From: an uncultured Prochlorococcus sp.
GTDB taxonomy: Bacteria; Cyanobacteriota; Cyanobacteriia; PCC-6307; Cyanobiaceae
Assembly (NCBI GenBank): GCA_902536545.1
Contig: CACAXS010000006.1
Location: 913-64,912, forward strand
Length of the DNA stretch: 64,000 nucleotides
Reading direction: 5' to 3'
The notes beneath the pieces were generated by a model. It saw only the letters and a program-made list of their open reading frames with translations. It did no database searches and was not told the DNA's origin. Positions 30,677 through 41,965 of the stretch are shown one piece after another. Positions within the stretch are counted from its first letter, which is position 1; each line of letters opens with the position of its first letter. The translations under genes were made by a program, and so were the position numbers.

Positions 30677-32173
30677 GTGACTTCATCTCAAAATCCTATT
30701 AATGATAATAGCTACTTTGATGCAGTCTTAGTAGGAGCAGGGATAATGAGCAGTACTTTAGCCCTCCTAATTTCAGAAGTTTTACCAGACATAAATTTAC
30801 TTATTATAGAAAAATTAAATGCTCCAGGAAGTGAAAGTACTGGAGCTTTTAATAATGCAGGAACAGGACATGCTGCTAATTGCGAATTAAACTATACCCC
30901 TTTAGATGAAAAAGGAAATATAGAAATAAATAAAGCCCTCTCAATAAATCGTTCCTTTGAAAGATCTATGTCTTTATGGGCCTCACTGTATGAAGCAGGG
31001 AAAATTGATATTAAAAAGTTTTTAAAATTTATTCCTCATATTAGCTTCGTGTCTGGTCAGGATAATATTTCTTTTTTAAAAAAAAGATATCAGAAAATGA
31101 TCGAAAATCCTGAATTTAATGAGATGGAATTTTCTACATCTTTTGATGAAATTTCATCATGGGCTCCTCTGATAACAAAAGATAGGAATCCATATACTAA
31201 AATTGCTGCTACCAAAATAGGTAGAGGAACAGATATTAATTTTGAGGCTCTCACAAAAGAGTATTTGACTTTAGTTTCTTTAAATAAAAATGTTGAAATT
31301 AGATACAAAACAGAATTAGTAGATTTAAAGAAAATTGATAAAAAAAAATGGGAACTAGAAATTAGTTCAGAAGGTATAAAAACTTCAATTAGAACTAGCT
31401 ATGTTTTTCTTGGTGCTGGTGGAAAAACAATTAATTATTTGCAAAAATCGAAAATTCCAGAAGCAAAGATTTATGGTGGATTTCCTGTTAGTGGAAAATG
31501 GCTTATTTGCGAGAAAAAAGATCTAACAGAAAAACATGACTCGAAAGTTTATGGTAAGGCTGATATTGGATCACCACCAATGTCTGTGCCTCATTTAGAT
31601 ACCAGATGGATTGATAATAAAAAACTTCTCTTATATGGACCTTTTGCTGGATTTACAACAAAATTTCTAAAGCAAAGTTCATACTTTGACTTATTTAGTT
31701 CAATTAAAAAAAATAATATTTTATCTATGTTGGACGTAGGTTTCAAGAACAACGATTTAATTAATTACCTGATATCACAATCATTAAAGAACCATAACTC
31801 AAGAGTTGAGAATTTAAAGAATATGATGCCATCAGCTAATCCTTCTGATTGGTATTTAAAAAAAGCTGGTCAAAGAGTCCAAATAATTAAAAAAACTGAA
31901 GGTGGTGGTTCTTTGAAATTTGGAACAGAGATTGTAAATTCATCTGATGGATCATTATCTGCTTTACTAGGAGCTTCTCCGGGAGCAAGTACTGCGGTTT
32001 CAATTATGGTAGAGGTTCTAGAAAAATCTGTTTTATTTTTAAACGATAAGCATAATCTTCAGAAAAAAATAAATGACTTAATTTATCCAGAACTATCAGT
32101 TTCTGAAAACTACAGTACCTTCATAAATGACATTAAAAAAAGAAATAATTCCATTTTTGGTTTCCATCCATAA
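30677..32173 (+). CDS. mqo: Malate:quinone oxidoreductase
   Basis: [41 protein letters not shown]. Confidence 0.96.
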   Translation: MTSSQNPINDNSYFDAVLVGAGIMSSTLALLISEVLPDINLLIIEKLNAPGSESTGAFNNAGTGHAANCELNYTPLDEKGNIEINKALSINRSFERSMSLWASLYEAGKIDIKKFLKFIPHISFVSGQDNISFLKKRYQKMIENPEFNEMEFSTSFDEISSWAPLITKDRNPYTKIAATKIGRGTDINFEALTKEYLTLVSLNKNVEIRYKTELVDLKKIDKKKWELEISSEGIKTSIRTSYVFLGAGGKTINYLQKSKIPEAKIYGGFPVSGKWLICEKKDLTEKHDSKVYGKADIGSPPMSVPHLDTRWIDNKKLLLYGPFAGFTTKFLKQSSYFDLFSSIKKNNILSMLDVGFKNNDLINYLISQSLKNHNSRVENLKNMMPSANPSDWYLKKAGQRVQIIKKTEGGGSLKFGTEIVNSSDGSLSALLGASPGASTAVSIMVEVLEKSVLFLNDKHNLQKKINDLIYPELSVSENYSTFINDIKKRNNSIFGFHP

Positions 32174-32228
32174 TTCTAATTAGCTAGTATTAACCAAGAT
32201 GTAATAAGAGGAGAATTTTTATTTCTAT

Positions 32229-34037
32229 ATGACTGATATATCGGTTTCAAAAATTAGAAATTTCTGCATAATTGCTCATATTGATCATGGAAAATCTACC
32301 CTAGCAGATAGGTTGCTTCAAGATACTGGCACTGTGAAGCAAAGGGATATGCAAGAACAATTTTTGGACAGTATGGATCTTGAAAGAGAGAGAGGAATTA
32401 CTATCAAGTTACAGGCCGCTAGAATGAAATATAAAGCTGACGATTCCCAAGAATATGTTCTGAACTTAATAGATACTCCAGGGCATGTTGATTTTTCTTA
32501 TGAGGTTAGTAGATCTCTTCAAGCCTGTGAAGGTGCTTTACTTGTTGTTGATGCAAGTCAAGGAGTAGAAGCTCAAACCTTAGCTAATGTTTATCTTGCT
32601 TTAGAAAATAATCTTGAAATAATTCCTGTTTTAAATAAAGTTGATTTGCCAGGAGCTGATGCTGAAAAAATAAAACAAGAAATAGAGGAAATTATTGGAC
32701 TCGATACATCTAATGCAATAAATTGTTCAGCAAAAACTGGAGTCGGTATTAAAGATATTTTGGAAGCAATTGTAAGAAGAGTACCTCCTCCTCAAGATGA
32801 AATTAAACTACCTACAAAGGCACTGATTTTTGATTCTTATTATGATCCGTACAGAGGAGTTATTGTTTATTTCAGGGTGATATCTGGGTCTCTCAATAAG
32901 AGAGAAAAAATATTACTAATGGCGAGTAAAAAAAATTATGAACTAGATGAGATAGGAATAATGGCTCCTAATCAGCAGCAAGTTGATGAATTACATGCGG
33001 GAGAAGTTGGTTATTTAGCTGCTTCTATAAAATCAGTTGCTGATGCGAGAGTGGGAGATACGATTACTCTTTTGAATTCACCTGCCAATGATCCTTTGCC
33101 TGGTTATAAGACAGCAAATCCTATGGTTTTTTGTGGCCTATTCCCGACTGATGCTGATCAATTCCCAGATTTAAGAGTATCTCTTGAAAAGTTACAATTA
33201 TCTGATGCAGCTTTAAAATATGAACCCGAAACCAGTAGCGCAATGGGCTTCGGATTTAGGTGTGGATTCCTAGGACTTCTTCACATGGAGATTGTTCAAG
33301 AAAGATTAGAAAGAGAATATGACTTGGATCTAATCGTAACGGCACCATCAGTTATCTATAAGGTTAATTTAAATCAGCAGGAAAATATATTTATTGATAA
33401 TCCTTCTACAATTCCTGACCCACAACTTAGAGAATCAATAGAAGAGCCTTATGTGAAAATGGAAATTTATGCACCCAATGAATTTAATGGAACACTAATG
33501 GGTTTATGTCAGGAAAGAAGGGGAGTATTTATAGATATGAAATATATAACAACAGATCGAGTTACTTTGATTTACGAAATTCCATTAGCAGAAGTTGTTA
33601 CAGATTTCTTTGATCAAATGAAAAGTAGAACCCAAGGTTATGCATCAATGGAATATCATTTGATTGGCTACAGAAAGAATGACCTTGTTAGATTAGATGT
33701 TCTAATAAATTCAGAAAGAGCAGATCCATTAACATCTATTGTTCATAAAGATAAGGCATATGGAATTGGCAGAAGTTTAGTTGAAAAATTAAAAGAACTA
33801 ATTCCAAAACAACAATTTAAAATACCTATTCAAGCATCAATAGGTAGCAGGATTATTGCAAGTGAAAGTATAAGTGCTTTGAGAAAAGATGTTTTATCTA
33901 AATGTTATGGAGGAGATATTTCTAGGAAAAAGAAACTTTTAAAGAAACAAGCCAAAGGTAAAAAGAGGATGAAGGCAATGGGTAAAGTTGAAGTCCCGCA
34001 AGAAGCTTTTATGGCAGTCCTGAAATTAAACCAGTAA
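32229..34037 (+). CDS. lepA: Elongation factor 4
   Basis: [27 protein letters not shown]. Confidence 0.98.
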   Translation: MTDISVSKIRNFCIIAHIDHGKSTLADRLLQDTGTVKQRDMQEQFLDSMDLERERGITIKLQAARMKYKADDSQEYVLNLIDTPGHVDFSYEVSRSLQACEGALLVVDASQGVEAQTLANVYLALENNLEIIPVLNKVDLPGADAEKIKQEIEEIIGLDTSNAINCSAKTGVGIKDILEAIVRRVPPPQDEIKLPTKALIFDSYYDPYRGVIVYFRVISGSLNKREKILLMASKKNYELDEIGIMAPNQQQVDELHAGEVGYLAASIKSVADARVGDTITLLNSPANDPLPGYKTANPMVFCGLFPTDADQFPDLRVSLEKLQLSDAALKYEPETSSAMGFGFRCGFLGLLHMEIVQERLEREYDLDLIVTAPSVIYKVNLNQQENIFIDNPSTIPDPQLRESIEEPYVKMEIYAPNEFNGTLMGLCQERRGVFIDMKYITTDRVTLIYEIPLAEVVTDFFDQMKSRTQGYASMEYHLIGYRKNDLVRLDVLINSERADPLTSIVHKDKAYGIGRSLVEKLKELIPKQQFKIPIQASIGSRIIASESISALRKDVLSKCYGGDISRKKKLLKKQAKGKKRMKAMGKVEVPQEAFMAVLKLNQ

Positions 34038-34116
34038 TTTTTTCAAATTTAAAATTTATAGCTATTTATTTTTAAAAGAATTGGGTATATTTCAGTCATA
34101 TATGTAAAAAAAGATT

Positions 34117-34962
34117 TTGGTTATTAATTCGTTTAATAGTGTAGGCGCAAATATCAGAAAAGCTGGATTTCTAATTGTACTTTTTTATCTTCTTGTTGTT
34201 TTAATAATGAAATTTTTAGAGGCCAATAATTTTTTTGGTTATTCATTTTCAATGTTAAGTAATGATATCTTCGCTGCACCTTCGCTCAATCATTTTTGTG
34301 GCACAGATAGATTAGGAAGAGATGTTTGCTTAAGAACTTTGCAAGGATCATCCTTAGCTATAGAAGTTGTATTCTTAGCTATTCTTTTTTCATTAAGTTT
34401 GAGTTTGCCATTGGGATTATTAAGTGGATATTTTGGTGGTTTTTTTGATAAATGCTTATCACTTATTATGGATACTATTTTTTCAATACCCGTAATTTTG
34501 CTTTCAGTTGTTGTGGCTTTTGTATTGGGTAAGGGTATCCTTAACGCAGCTTTGGCATTGTGTATTGTTTACTCTCCTCAATATTTTAGATTAATCAGAA
34601 ATCAGACAATATTGGTTAAATCCGAAACTTATGTGGAGGCGGCTCAAGTTTCAGGAGCTGATGTTAAAACAATTATTTTTAAGTATATTCTCCCAAATGT
34701 AATAACACCTTTGCCTATTCTGCTTACCCTAAATGCTGCGGATGCTGTCTTGGTATTGGGAAGTTTAGGATTTTTAGGTCTTGGTGTTCCTGCAGATGTC
34801 CCAGAGTGGGGAAGTGATTTAAATCTTGCTCTTGCCGCTTTACCTACAGGTATCTGGTGGACGGCTTTGTTCCCAGGATTGGCAATGTTTTTTTTAGTTT
34901 TAGGTCTTTCTTTTATGGGAGAGGATCTTGAAGAAATTTTTGATAGACACAATTCTGAATAA
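34117..34962 (+). CDS. Peptide/nickel ABC transporter permease (DppC-like)
   Basis: GTDRLGRD, YVEAA, LGFLGLG, PEWG. Confidence 0.88.
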   Translation: MVINSFNSVGANIRKAGFLIVLFYLLVVLIMKFLEANNFFGYSFSMLSNDIFAAPSLNHFCGTDRLGRDVCLRTLQGSSLAIEVVFLAILFSLSLSLPLGLLSGYFGGFFDKCLSLIMDTIFSIPVILLSVVVAFVLGKGILNAALALCIVYSPQYFRLIRNQTILVKSETYVEAAQVSGADVKTIIFKYILPNVITPLPILLTLNAADAVLVLGSLGFLGLGVPADVPEWGSDLNLALAALPTGIWWTALFPGLAMFFLVLGLSFMGEDLEEIFDRHNSE

Positions 34963-34964
34963 AT

Positions 34965-35636
34965 TTAGTTATTTCTAATAGGAACAAGTTCTCCTTGATC
35001 ATTTAACTTTGGATATTCTTTGGCTGATTTTTTATACAATGTAGCTAATTCTGGGTAACACCATTCAAAAAGTGTTTTTTGATATTCATCTATATTTAAA
35101 CCTTCTCCATTAGCGGGCAATATACCTTTATTTTTTCTTTGGCGAATAGCTTCAAATAATAATACAGAAGCAGCAACTGAAACATTCAGAGATTGAACCA
35201 TACCTCTCATAGGTATAAAAATTGATTGATCAACCATCGATATAAGTTCATTACTTAGTCCCCATTTTTCTGCTCCTAAAACAAAACATGTATTTTGAGA
35301 ATAATCAAAATTTCTATAATCTACTGATTCACTATTAAGAGTCGTTCCAAATAATTTAAAACCCTTATTCTTTAAATCAGATATTGCCGCGATAGTGTTT
35401 TCATAATTATTCAATTTAACCCATTTTTGACTTCCTTGAGCAGTACTATTAAAAGTCTTAACGGCATTAGTTTTGCTAATAAAATTTGCTTCGAAAACTC
35501 CTGCTGCATCACATGATCTTAATATGGCGGATAAATTATGTGGTTTATTGACATCCTCAATTAAAACAGTTAAGTTTTTCATTCTGCAATCTAAAACACT
35601 TTTGATTCTTTCAAATCTTCTTGGCAAAATTGACAT
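34965..35636 (-). CDS. trmH: tRNA (Gm18) 2'-O-methyltransferase
   Basis: HNLSAILRSCDA, GAEKWG, IPMRGMVQSLNVSVA. Confidence 0.93.
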   Translation of the reverse strand: MSILPRRFERIKSVLDCRMKNLTVLIEDVNKPHNLSAILRSCDAAGVFEANFISKTNAVKTFNSTAQGSQKWVKLNNYENTIAAISDLKNKGFKLFGTTLNSESVDYRNFDYSQNTCFVLGAEKWGLSNELISMVDQSIFIPMRGMVQSLNVSVAASVLLFEAIRQRKNKGILPANGEGLNIDEYQKTLFEWCYPELATLYKKSAKEYPKLNDQGELVPIRNN

Positions 35637-35730
35637 TTATAATTTTTCACACTTTTAAATTATATTCAAAAAATATTGATTACCTATTAAATCTTTTAGT
35701 TTATAATATTTGGTAGTTTGAATTAACTCA

Positions 35731-35934
35731 ATGGCATACATAGAATGGGACTATACAGTAATAAAAAGTATGGTAGAAAAACAAGGGTGGGATTTACCTG
35801 AACGAGAATCAGAAGAATGGAATAAATTTAACGATGAATTAGGAGAAAAAATGAGAGGTGTTGGAATTGTTTTTGAAAAATATTGTAAATTTACTCCCGA
35901 CATAGGAGAAGGAGTTCATCTTTTAGATGACTGA
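35731..35934 (+). CDS. Hypothetical acidic protein (67 aa)
   Basis: ATG-started ORF with protein-like composition in an intergenic gap. Confidence 0.55.
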   Translation: MAYIEWDYTVIKSMVEKQGWDLPERESEEWNKFNDELGEKMRGVGIVFEKYCKFTPDIGEGVHLLDD

Positions 35935-36111
35935 TCGTGATTAGTTTTAAACCATTGACGTATCCCTTAATCAATGGCTTATTAATTAACAAGATAATGT
36001 ATTTTCACTAAATTAGAACTGGCAATTATTAAGGCATTATAAAGCTTGTACTCAAAAAAAAATTTTTTATCCCACAAAAAAGTTATTTAATTTCTATATT
36101 TAAATAAAAAT

Positions 36112-36504
36112 ATGAAAAATAGATTAACCTTTTTATTCGATGGTGGTTGTCCACTTTGTTTGAGAGAAACAAATTTTCTTAGAAAGAGAGATATCTTAAA
36201 TCAAATTATATTTATAGATATTAATAGTAAGGATTATGATCAAAGTCTTTTTGGTGACATCTCATATCCAGAAGCTATGTCAAACCTGCATGGGATTATG
36301 GAAAATGGTGAAATTATAAGGGGACTAGATGTACTTGCATATTCTTATGAATTAGTTGGTTTGGGTTGGGTTTATTATCCCTTGAAGATTAAATTCTTAT
36401 CTCCCATATTAAGACTGGTATACAGATTTTGGGCAAAATATAGACTTCAAATTACAGGTAGATCCGATATTGAAAAACTTTGTACTACCCAATGTGAACA
36501 ATAA
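36112..36504 (+). CDS. DCC family thiol-disulfide oxidoreductase (DUF393)
   Basis: FDGGCPLC. Confidence 0.85.
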   Translation: MKNRLTFLFDGGCPLCLRETNFLRKRDILNQIIFIDINSKDYDQSLFGDISYPEAMSNLHGIMENGEIIRGLDVLAYSYELVGLGWVYYPLKIKFLSPILRLVYRFWAKYRLQITGRSDIEKLCTTQCEQ

Positions 36505-36506
36505 AT

Positions 36507-36743
36507 ATGGAAAGTATCGATATAGACAGAATAATAGAAATGTGTTGGGAAGACAGAACACCCTTTGAAGCTATCGAGTATCAATTTGGTTTAAAAGAGG
36601 AAGACTCAATAAAAATTATGCGTCAAAATCTTAAACCCAAATCCTTCAAAGTCTGGAGAAAAAGAGTTTCTGGAAGAAATACAAAACATATGGCGCTTAA
36701 AGATTCAACTAGATTTAAATCTACTCATAAAAGAAAATTATAA
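36507..36743 (+). CDS. TIGR03643 family protein
   Basis: RIIEMCWEDRTPFEAI..QFGL, WRKRVSGR.TKH. Confidence 0.85.
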   Translation: MESIDIDRIIEMCWEDRTPFEAIEYQFGLKEEDSIKIMRQNLKPKSFKVWRKRVSGRNTKHMALKDSTRFKSTHKRKL

Positions 36744-36746
36744 ATT

Positions 36747-36869
36747 TTGAAAAATCTTTCTACTAAAACTTGTCCTGTTTGCAATAGGCCGTTCGAGTGG
36801 CGTAAAAAATGGAAAAACTGTTGGGATGATGTTATCTACTGTTCAAAAAGATGCAGTAACAGGAAGTAA
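36747..36869 (+). CDS. DUF2256 family small Cys-rich protein (40 aa; not in ORF track)
   Basis: TTG start: [40 protein letters not shown]; fits between flanking genes with 3- and 5-nt gaps. Confidence 0.85.
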   Translation: MKNLSTKTCPVCNRPFEWRKKWKNCWDDVIYCSKRCSNRK

Positions 36870-36874
36870 CAAAG

Positions 36875-38365
36875 ATGAAACAAGTATCAATTATTTTCCC
36901 GAATCAACTTTTTAGAGAAAGCTCAATTTTAAAAATAAATTGTGACATTTTGATTTTGGAAGACTCATTATTTTTTGGAAATGATAAATTTCATAAATTA
37001 ATTAACCATAAAAACAAGTTAGTTTTTCATAAAGCATCTATGCTCGCTTATAAAAATTATTTAGAAATATCTGGCTTTAAAGTTTTATATATAGAAAACA
37101 AGAATAATATTTCTACAGTCGATTACTTATCCGAATTTATTAAAGATAAATATCAGAAAATAAATCTCATTGACCCTCATGATTTTTTAATAATGAAGAG
37201 GATTAATAATTTTGTTGAAAGTAATAATTTAGCCTTAAATATTTTGCCTTCTCCTATGTTTATGAGCAGTGAAGATTTAAAAGATTTATTTGCATCAAAT
37301 ACAAAAAAACCTCTTATGGGGAGATTTTATGAGAATCAAAGAAAGAGCCAAAAGATATTAGTTAATGCTGATGATACACCTGAAGGAGGTAAATGGAGTT
37401 TCGATGAAATGAACAGAAAAAAATTACCAAAAAAAATAAACATACCTAATACACCTAAATTACAAAAAAATAAATTTGTAGTTAGTGCAGAAAGGTCATT
37501 AGCCAATTTTGATATTGAGTTTATTGGAGAAAGTAATAACTTTTTATATCCAACTAATTTTGATGAAGCAGATGAATGGTTAAATGATTTTTTTAAACAT
37601 AGATTTTTCTTGTTTGGAGATTATGAAGATGCTATTTCTAAAGAAAATTCTTTTTTATGGCATAGTTTACTTTCTCCTCTTTTAAATAGTGGCTTACTAA
37701 CTCCAAATCAAGTAGTAAATAAAGCGTTACTTTATGCTAAAAACAATAATGTTCCAATTAACTCTTTAGAGGGTTTTATTCGTCAAATTATTGGATGGAG
37801 AGAATTTATATGCCTTGTTTATAAGAAGTATGGAACAAAAATGCGAAATAGTAATTTTTGGAATTTTGAAGATAAGCCAATTCCAAAATCTTTTTATCAA
37901 GGAAATACAGGAATTGAACCAGTAGACCTTGTTATAAAAAATATAATTAAATTTGGATATTGTCATCATATTGAGCGTCTAATGATTGTTGGCAACTTTA
38001 TGCTTCTATGTAGAATTCACCCCAAGCAAGTTTATAAATGGTTTATGGAAATGTTTATTGATTCCTATGATTGGGTTATGGTCCCAAATGTTTACGGAAT
38101 GAGTCAGTTTAGTGATGGAGGTATCTTTTCAACAAAGCCATATATATCAAGCTCTAATTATGTAAAAAAAATGTCTGATTTTAAAAGTGGCCCATGGTGT
38201 GAAATATGGGATGGCTTATTTTGGAAATTTATTAAAGATTATGAAAGCTTTTTTAGAAAGCAATATCGTCTGGCAATGTTAACTAGAAATCTCGATAAAA
38301 TGTCAGAGGAAAAATTAAATAATCACCTTAAAACGGCCGATAAATTTTTAAGAGATATTCAATAA
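36875..38365 (+). CDS. Bacterial (6-4) photolyase/cryptochrome, PhrB-like
   Basis: FPNQL, HKNKL, GGKWSFD..NRK, FGDYEDA, RQIIGWREF, HHIERLM, PNVYGM. Confidence 0.9.
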   Translation: MKQVSIIFPNQLFRESSILKINCDILILEDSLFFGNDKFHKLINHKNKLVFHKASMLAYKNYLEISGFKVLYIENKNNISTVDYLSEFIKDKYQKINLIDPHDFLIMKRINNFVESNNLALNILPSPMFMSSEDLKDLFASNTKKPLMGRFYENQRKSQKILVNADDTPEGGKWSFDEMNRKKLPKKINIPNTPKLQKNKFVVSAERSLANFDIEFIGESNNFLYPTNFDEADEWLNDFFKHRFFLFGDYEDAISKENSFLWHSLLSPLLNSGLLTPNQVVNKALLYAKNNNVPINSLEGFIRQIIGWREFICLVYKKYGTKMRNSNFWNFEDKPIPKSFYQGNTGIEPVDLVIKNIIKFGYCHHIERLMIVGNFMLLCRIHPKQVYKWFMEMFIDSYDWVMVPNVYGMSQFSDGGIFSTKPYISSSNYVKKMSDFKSGPWCEIWDGLFWKFIKDYESFFRKQYRLAMLTRNLDKMSEEKLNNHLKTADKFLRDIQ

Positions 38366-38470
38366 ATTAAGAGTAAAAATCTAAAGTTGTCTTTTAAAAA
38401 TTAAAAGAATATTATGTTATGACGAAATATTAAGTACGGATGTTAAGTTTAGAAAAATTAGATTTATCTA

Positions 38471-38650
38471 ATGGAAATTGGAACACTTTTTTTAAAAAGC
38501 AATTCGACAGGTATTATCACTTTTTCTGAATTAGATTGGATAACTACCCATCAATCTAACTTCACAAGGTTGGAGAAATCCACAGCAATTAAATTAGGCA
38601 GAATGCTTGATGCAGGATCTATCAATATTGGTTGCCGTTTGAAATCCTGA
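38471..38650 (+). CDS. Small picocyanobacterial hypothetical protein (59 aa; not in ORF track)
   Basis: MEIGTLFLKSNSTGIITFSELDWITTHQSNFTRLEKSTAIKLGRMLDAGSINIGCRLKS. Confidence 0.7.
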   Translation: MEIGTLFLKSNSTGIITFSELDWITTHQSNFTRLEKSTAIKLGRMLDAGSINIGCRLKS

Positions 38651-38860
38651 TTAAGTTTTATTCTTACTAATGAACCATCAAGAAGAAAAAAATATTTTTT
38701 CGGTAAAAAATACATTCTTTAAATATCTATCTTTTTTTAGGATTTAATCTGTCACTTATTTCTATCTTAAGTTTTGTTAGGTTTAGTAATGCAATTGAAA
38801 AAGTAGTTTAAATTTTTGAATTTTTGTATATTAAAGTTATCTTTAAAAATAAATTATATT

Positions 38861-40171
38861 TTGAGCATAGGATATTTACAAAGAAAGGCATCTTGGGAAA
38901 TTTTACTAAAAGTTAGTTCAGGTGATTTTTCTGATCATGCTCTTGAAAAGGTTTTAAAAAATTATCAATTTAATTCTCTTGATATAGCTTTTATTACGGA
39001 ATTATCTTTTGGATGCATAAGGTATAGAAAATTTCTTGATCTTTGGACGGATCATACATCAAAAATCACTTATAAAAAGCAGCCTCCAAAGTTAAGATGG
39101 CTTCTACATATAGGTTTATATCAACTATTGAAAATGGATAAAATTCCATTTCCTGCTGCTATTTCTACCACTGTAGAAGTAGCTAAAAAAACAGATTTAA
39201 ATGGTTTAGCGGGAACTGTAAATGCGATATTGAGAAATGCATCAAGAAAATTGGAGCAAAAAATTTTTCCGGAATTATCTTCTGATAGAAAAGAAAGAAT
39301 TTCATATCTTGAATCATTTCCATTATGGCTTGTGAAGGATCTTTATAAATGGGTCGGCAATATCGAGGGTGAAAATATCATTAAGGCATTTAATAAAAAA
39401 CCATCAATTGATTTGAGAATTAACCATTTAAAAACTAATTTAGATAAATTTTTGAAAGTACTTCATGAAAATAAAATTGATGCTGAAATTATTAAAGATT
39501 TACATAATGGAATTACTTTAAAATCTAATCCAAGATCTATAAAAAATTTACCAGGATATAGTGATGGACTTTGGACAATTCAAGATAGATCTTCTCAGTG
39601 GATAGCACCTCTCTTAAATCCAAAAGAAGGTGAAAAGATTTTAGATGCTTGTGCAGCTCCTGGAAGTAAGTCTACCCACCTAGCAGAATTAACAAATGAT
39701 AGTGCTGAAATCATTGCCGTAGATAGATCAGCAAAAAGATTGAAAATACTGCAATCAAATTTAGAAAGGTTAAATTTGAAATCTGTTAATACCCTTAATG
39801 CTGATGCTACGAGTTTGATTGAATTAAATCCTAAGTTTATATCTTATTTTGATAAGATTTTATTAGATGCGCCATGCTCTGGTATTGGAACTCTCTCAAG
39901 GAATCCAGATTCTAGATGGTCTTTAAGTCAAGAAAAAATAAAATCTTTAACTTTATTACAGGAAAAACTTTTGGAGAGTATTTTTCCTCTTTTAAAAAAA
40001 GATGGCTCTTTAGTTTATTCTACTTGTACTATTTGTCCCGATGAAAATAATCTATTAATTGAACGATTTATTGAAAAAAACAAAACTTTAAAATTGGTTA
40101 GCCAAAAGCAAATTTTACCTAGCTTGGATTATCCTGGTGATGGATTTTATTCTGCAATAATTTCTTATTAA
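38861..40171 (+). CDS. rsmB: 16S rRNA m5C967 methyltransferase
   Basis: NusB-like N-terminus, DACAAPGSK, DAPCSG, YSTCT; start TTG 38861 or 38816. Confidence 0.93.
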   Translation: MSIGYLQRKASWEILLKVSSGDFSDHALEKVLKNYQFNSLDIAFITELSFGCIRYRKFLDLWTDHTSKITYKKQPPKLRWLLHIGLYQLLKMDKIPFPAAISTTVEVAKKTDLNGLAGTVNAILRNASRKLEQKIFPELSSDRKERISYLESFPLWLVKDLYKWVGNIEGENIIKAFNKKPSIDLRINHLKTNLDKFLKVLHENKIDAEIIKDLHNGITLKSNPRSIKNLPGYSDGLWTIQDRSSQWIAPLLNPKEGEKILDACAAPGSKSTHLAELTNDSAEIIAVDRSAKRLKILQSNLERLNLKSVNTLNADATSLIELNPKFISYFDKILLDAPCSGIGTLSRNPDSRWSLSQEKIKSLTLLQEKLLESIFPLLKKDGSLVYSTCTICPDENNLLIERFIEKNKTLKLVSQKQILPSLDYPGDGFYSAIISY

Positions 40172-40186
40172 TCTTAAAAATATAAT

Positions 40187-41965
40187 TTATTTTTTAATTG
40201 GAATTTTATAAATTTCAGAAATGAACTTCTTCCACAAATAAGCTGCATTTCCACTAGATAATTCAGATTCCTTATTATCGTCGTAACCTATCCAGATCCC
40301 TGTTGTAAGGTTATCAATGGAACCAATAAACCAGAGATCTTTATTTCCATCAGATGTTCCTGTTTTCCCATAAATTTTCTTACCTTTTATAGAGGCTGCT
40401 TTTGAAGTGCCTTCTTTTACAGATTTTTCAAGAAGTTTATTTATTTTCTTGTTTATTTTTAAATCTAATATTTTCTTGGAAATAGATTTATTTTCCCAAA
40501 TAGGTTGTTTTTTAAATGATTCTATTTTTTCTATGATTTCAGGGCTTTGAATCTTCCCATTATTGTTTATTGCAGAATATGCATTTGTGATGTTTAAAAG
40601 ATTATCTCCGTAGGAGCCAATAGCTAATGATGGGAATTCCTCAAACTCTTGCTCGTAACCTAGTCCAAATGAATTCGCTAAATTTATAATATTTTTTAAG
40701 CCGATTTTTTTTGTTATTAATATTGGAACGATATTTGATGAACTTTTAAATGATTCAATCAAAGATATTGAACCTCTATATTCTTCTGAAAAATTTTTTG
40801 GGCAATAACTTTCCCAGCATATTGGTAAGTCTTCAAATTTATCGCTTAATTTTATTCCTTCTATTAATGCAGCAGCATAAGGGATTATTTTAAAAGTAGA
40901 ACCTAAAGGTCTTACAGATGAAATCACTCTATTGTATTCATTAATTGATGGATTTTTGCTGGTTATCATTGTCCTTATTAGTCCTGTGCTTGATTCGATA
41001 GATAATAGACCAAATTCAAGTTCTTTAGGCCCTGCATATTTTGATATTTTTTGACCTTTTTCTTGCCAATCTTTCTTGATAGAAGATTTAATTCTTAAAA
41101 ACTTATAGTCATTTTTACTTCCAATTATTTTATCTGTTTCCTGAAGAATAAAGTTTATTAGTAATTTATCATCTAAAAAATTATCAGCAGTTTGATAATT
41201 TAATTTTATTTTTTCTTTAATAGCCTTATTCTTATTGGCAAAAGAAATATATCCATCAACATACATTGATTGAAGAACTTTATTTCTATTTTTAATAGCT
41301 AGTTCCAAATTTTGATAAGGTGAATAAATTGAAGGAGCTGGAGCTAATCCTGCAATTAATGCGATCTCTGATAATGTCAATTCTTCTATAAATTTGCCAA
41401 AATAAACTTGGGCAGCCTCGTCTACCCCATATGCTCCTGATCCTAGATAAATATTATTTAAATATAATTTTAAAATCTGATTTTTGTCATATCTAAATTC
41501 AAGTATGAGTGATATAAATATTTCTTTGATTTTTCTTTGAAAACTCAAATCATTATTTAGAAAAAGTAATCTAGCAACTTGTTGTGTAATAGTACTTCCT
41601 CCCTCTTTAACATAACCACTTCTAATATTTTGAATAAGGGCACGTGAAATACTTTTTAAATCTATTCCATTATGTTTATAAAATCTTTTATCCTCAGAAG
41701 ATATAAAAGAATGTTTAAGAGAAAATGGAATTTTATGATAACTATTATCTATTTCAAATTTGCGGCTTAATTTGCTTAGTATCTTATTATCAGAAGATGA
41801 TATTACATAAGAATATTTGGTTTCCCGAAACTTTTTATTTTTAGACACGTCAAATTTTAACGTACTAAATATTAGACAAAAAAAATAAAAAGATATACCA
41901 GAAAAAATTAATATTGGAATTATTAAAACAAAAGATTTGAATTTAATCTTTTGCACCTTAAGCAA
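40187..41965 (-). CDS. Class A penicillin-binding protein
   Basis: EDKRFYKHNG, GGSTITQQ, STFK, SSN, KTGT. Confidence 0.92.
   Translation of the reverse strand: MLKVQKIKFKSFVLIIPILIFSGISFYFFCLIFSTLKFDVSKNKKFRETKYSYVISSSDNKILSKLSRKFEIDNSYHKIPFSLKHSFISSEDKRFYKHNGIDLKSISRALIQNIRSGYVKEGGSTITQQVARLLFLNNDLSFQRKIKEIFISLILEFRYDKNQILKLYLNNIYLGSGAYGVDEAAQVYFGKFIEELTLSEIALIAGLAPAPSIYSPYQNLELAIKNRNKVLQSMYVDGYISFANKNKAIKEKIKLNYQTADNFLDDKLLINFILQETDKIIGSKNDYKFLRIKSSIKKDWQEKGQKISKYAGPKELEFGLLSIESSTGLIRTMITSKNPSINEYNRVISSVRPLGSTFKIIPYAAALIEGIKLSDKFEDLPICWESYCPKNFSEEYRGSISLIESFKSSSNIVPILITKKIGLKNIINLANSFGLGYEQEFEEFPSLAIGSYGDNLLNITNAYSAINNNGKIQSPEIIEKIESFKKQPIWENKSISKKILDLKINKKINKLLEKSVKEGTSKAASIKGKKIYGKTGTSDGNKDLWFIGSIDNLTTGIWIGYDDNKESELSSGNAAYLWKKFISEIYKIPIKK

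Noticed and set aside
38440-38529. 29-aa ORF overlapping the start of the 59-aa gene
   Set aside because: Out of frame with a better ORF and has no supporting features
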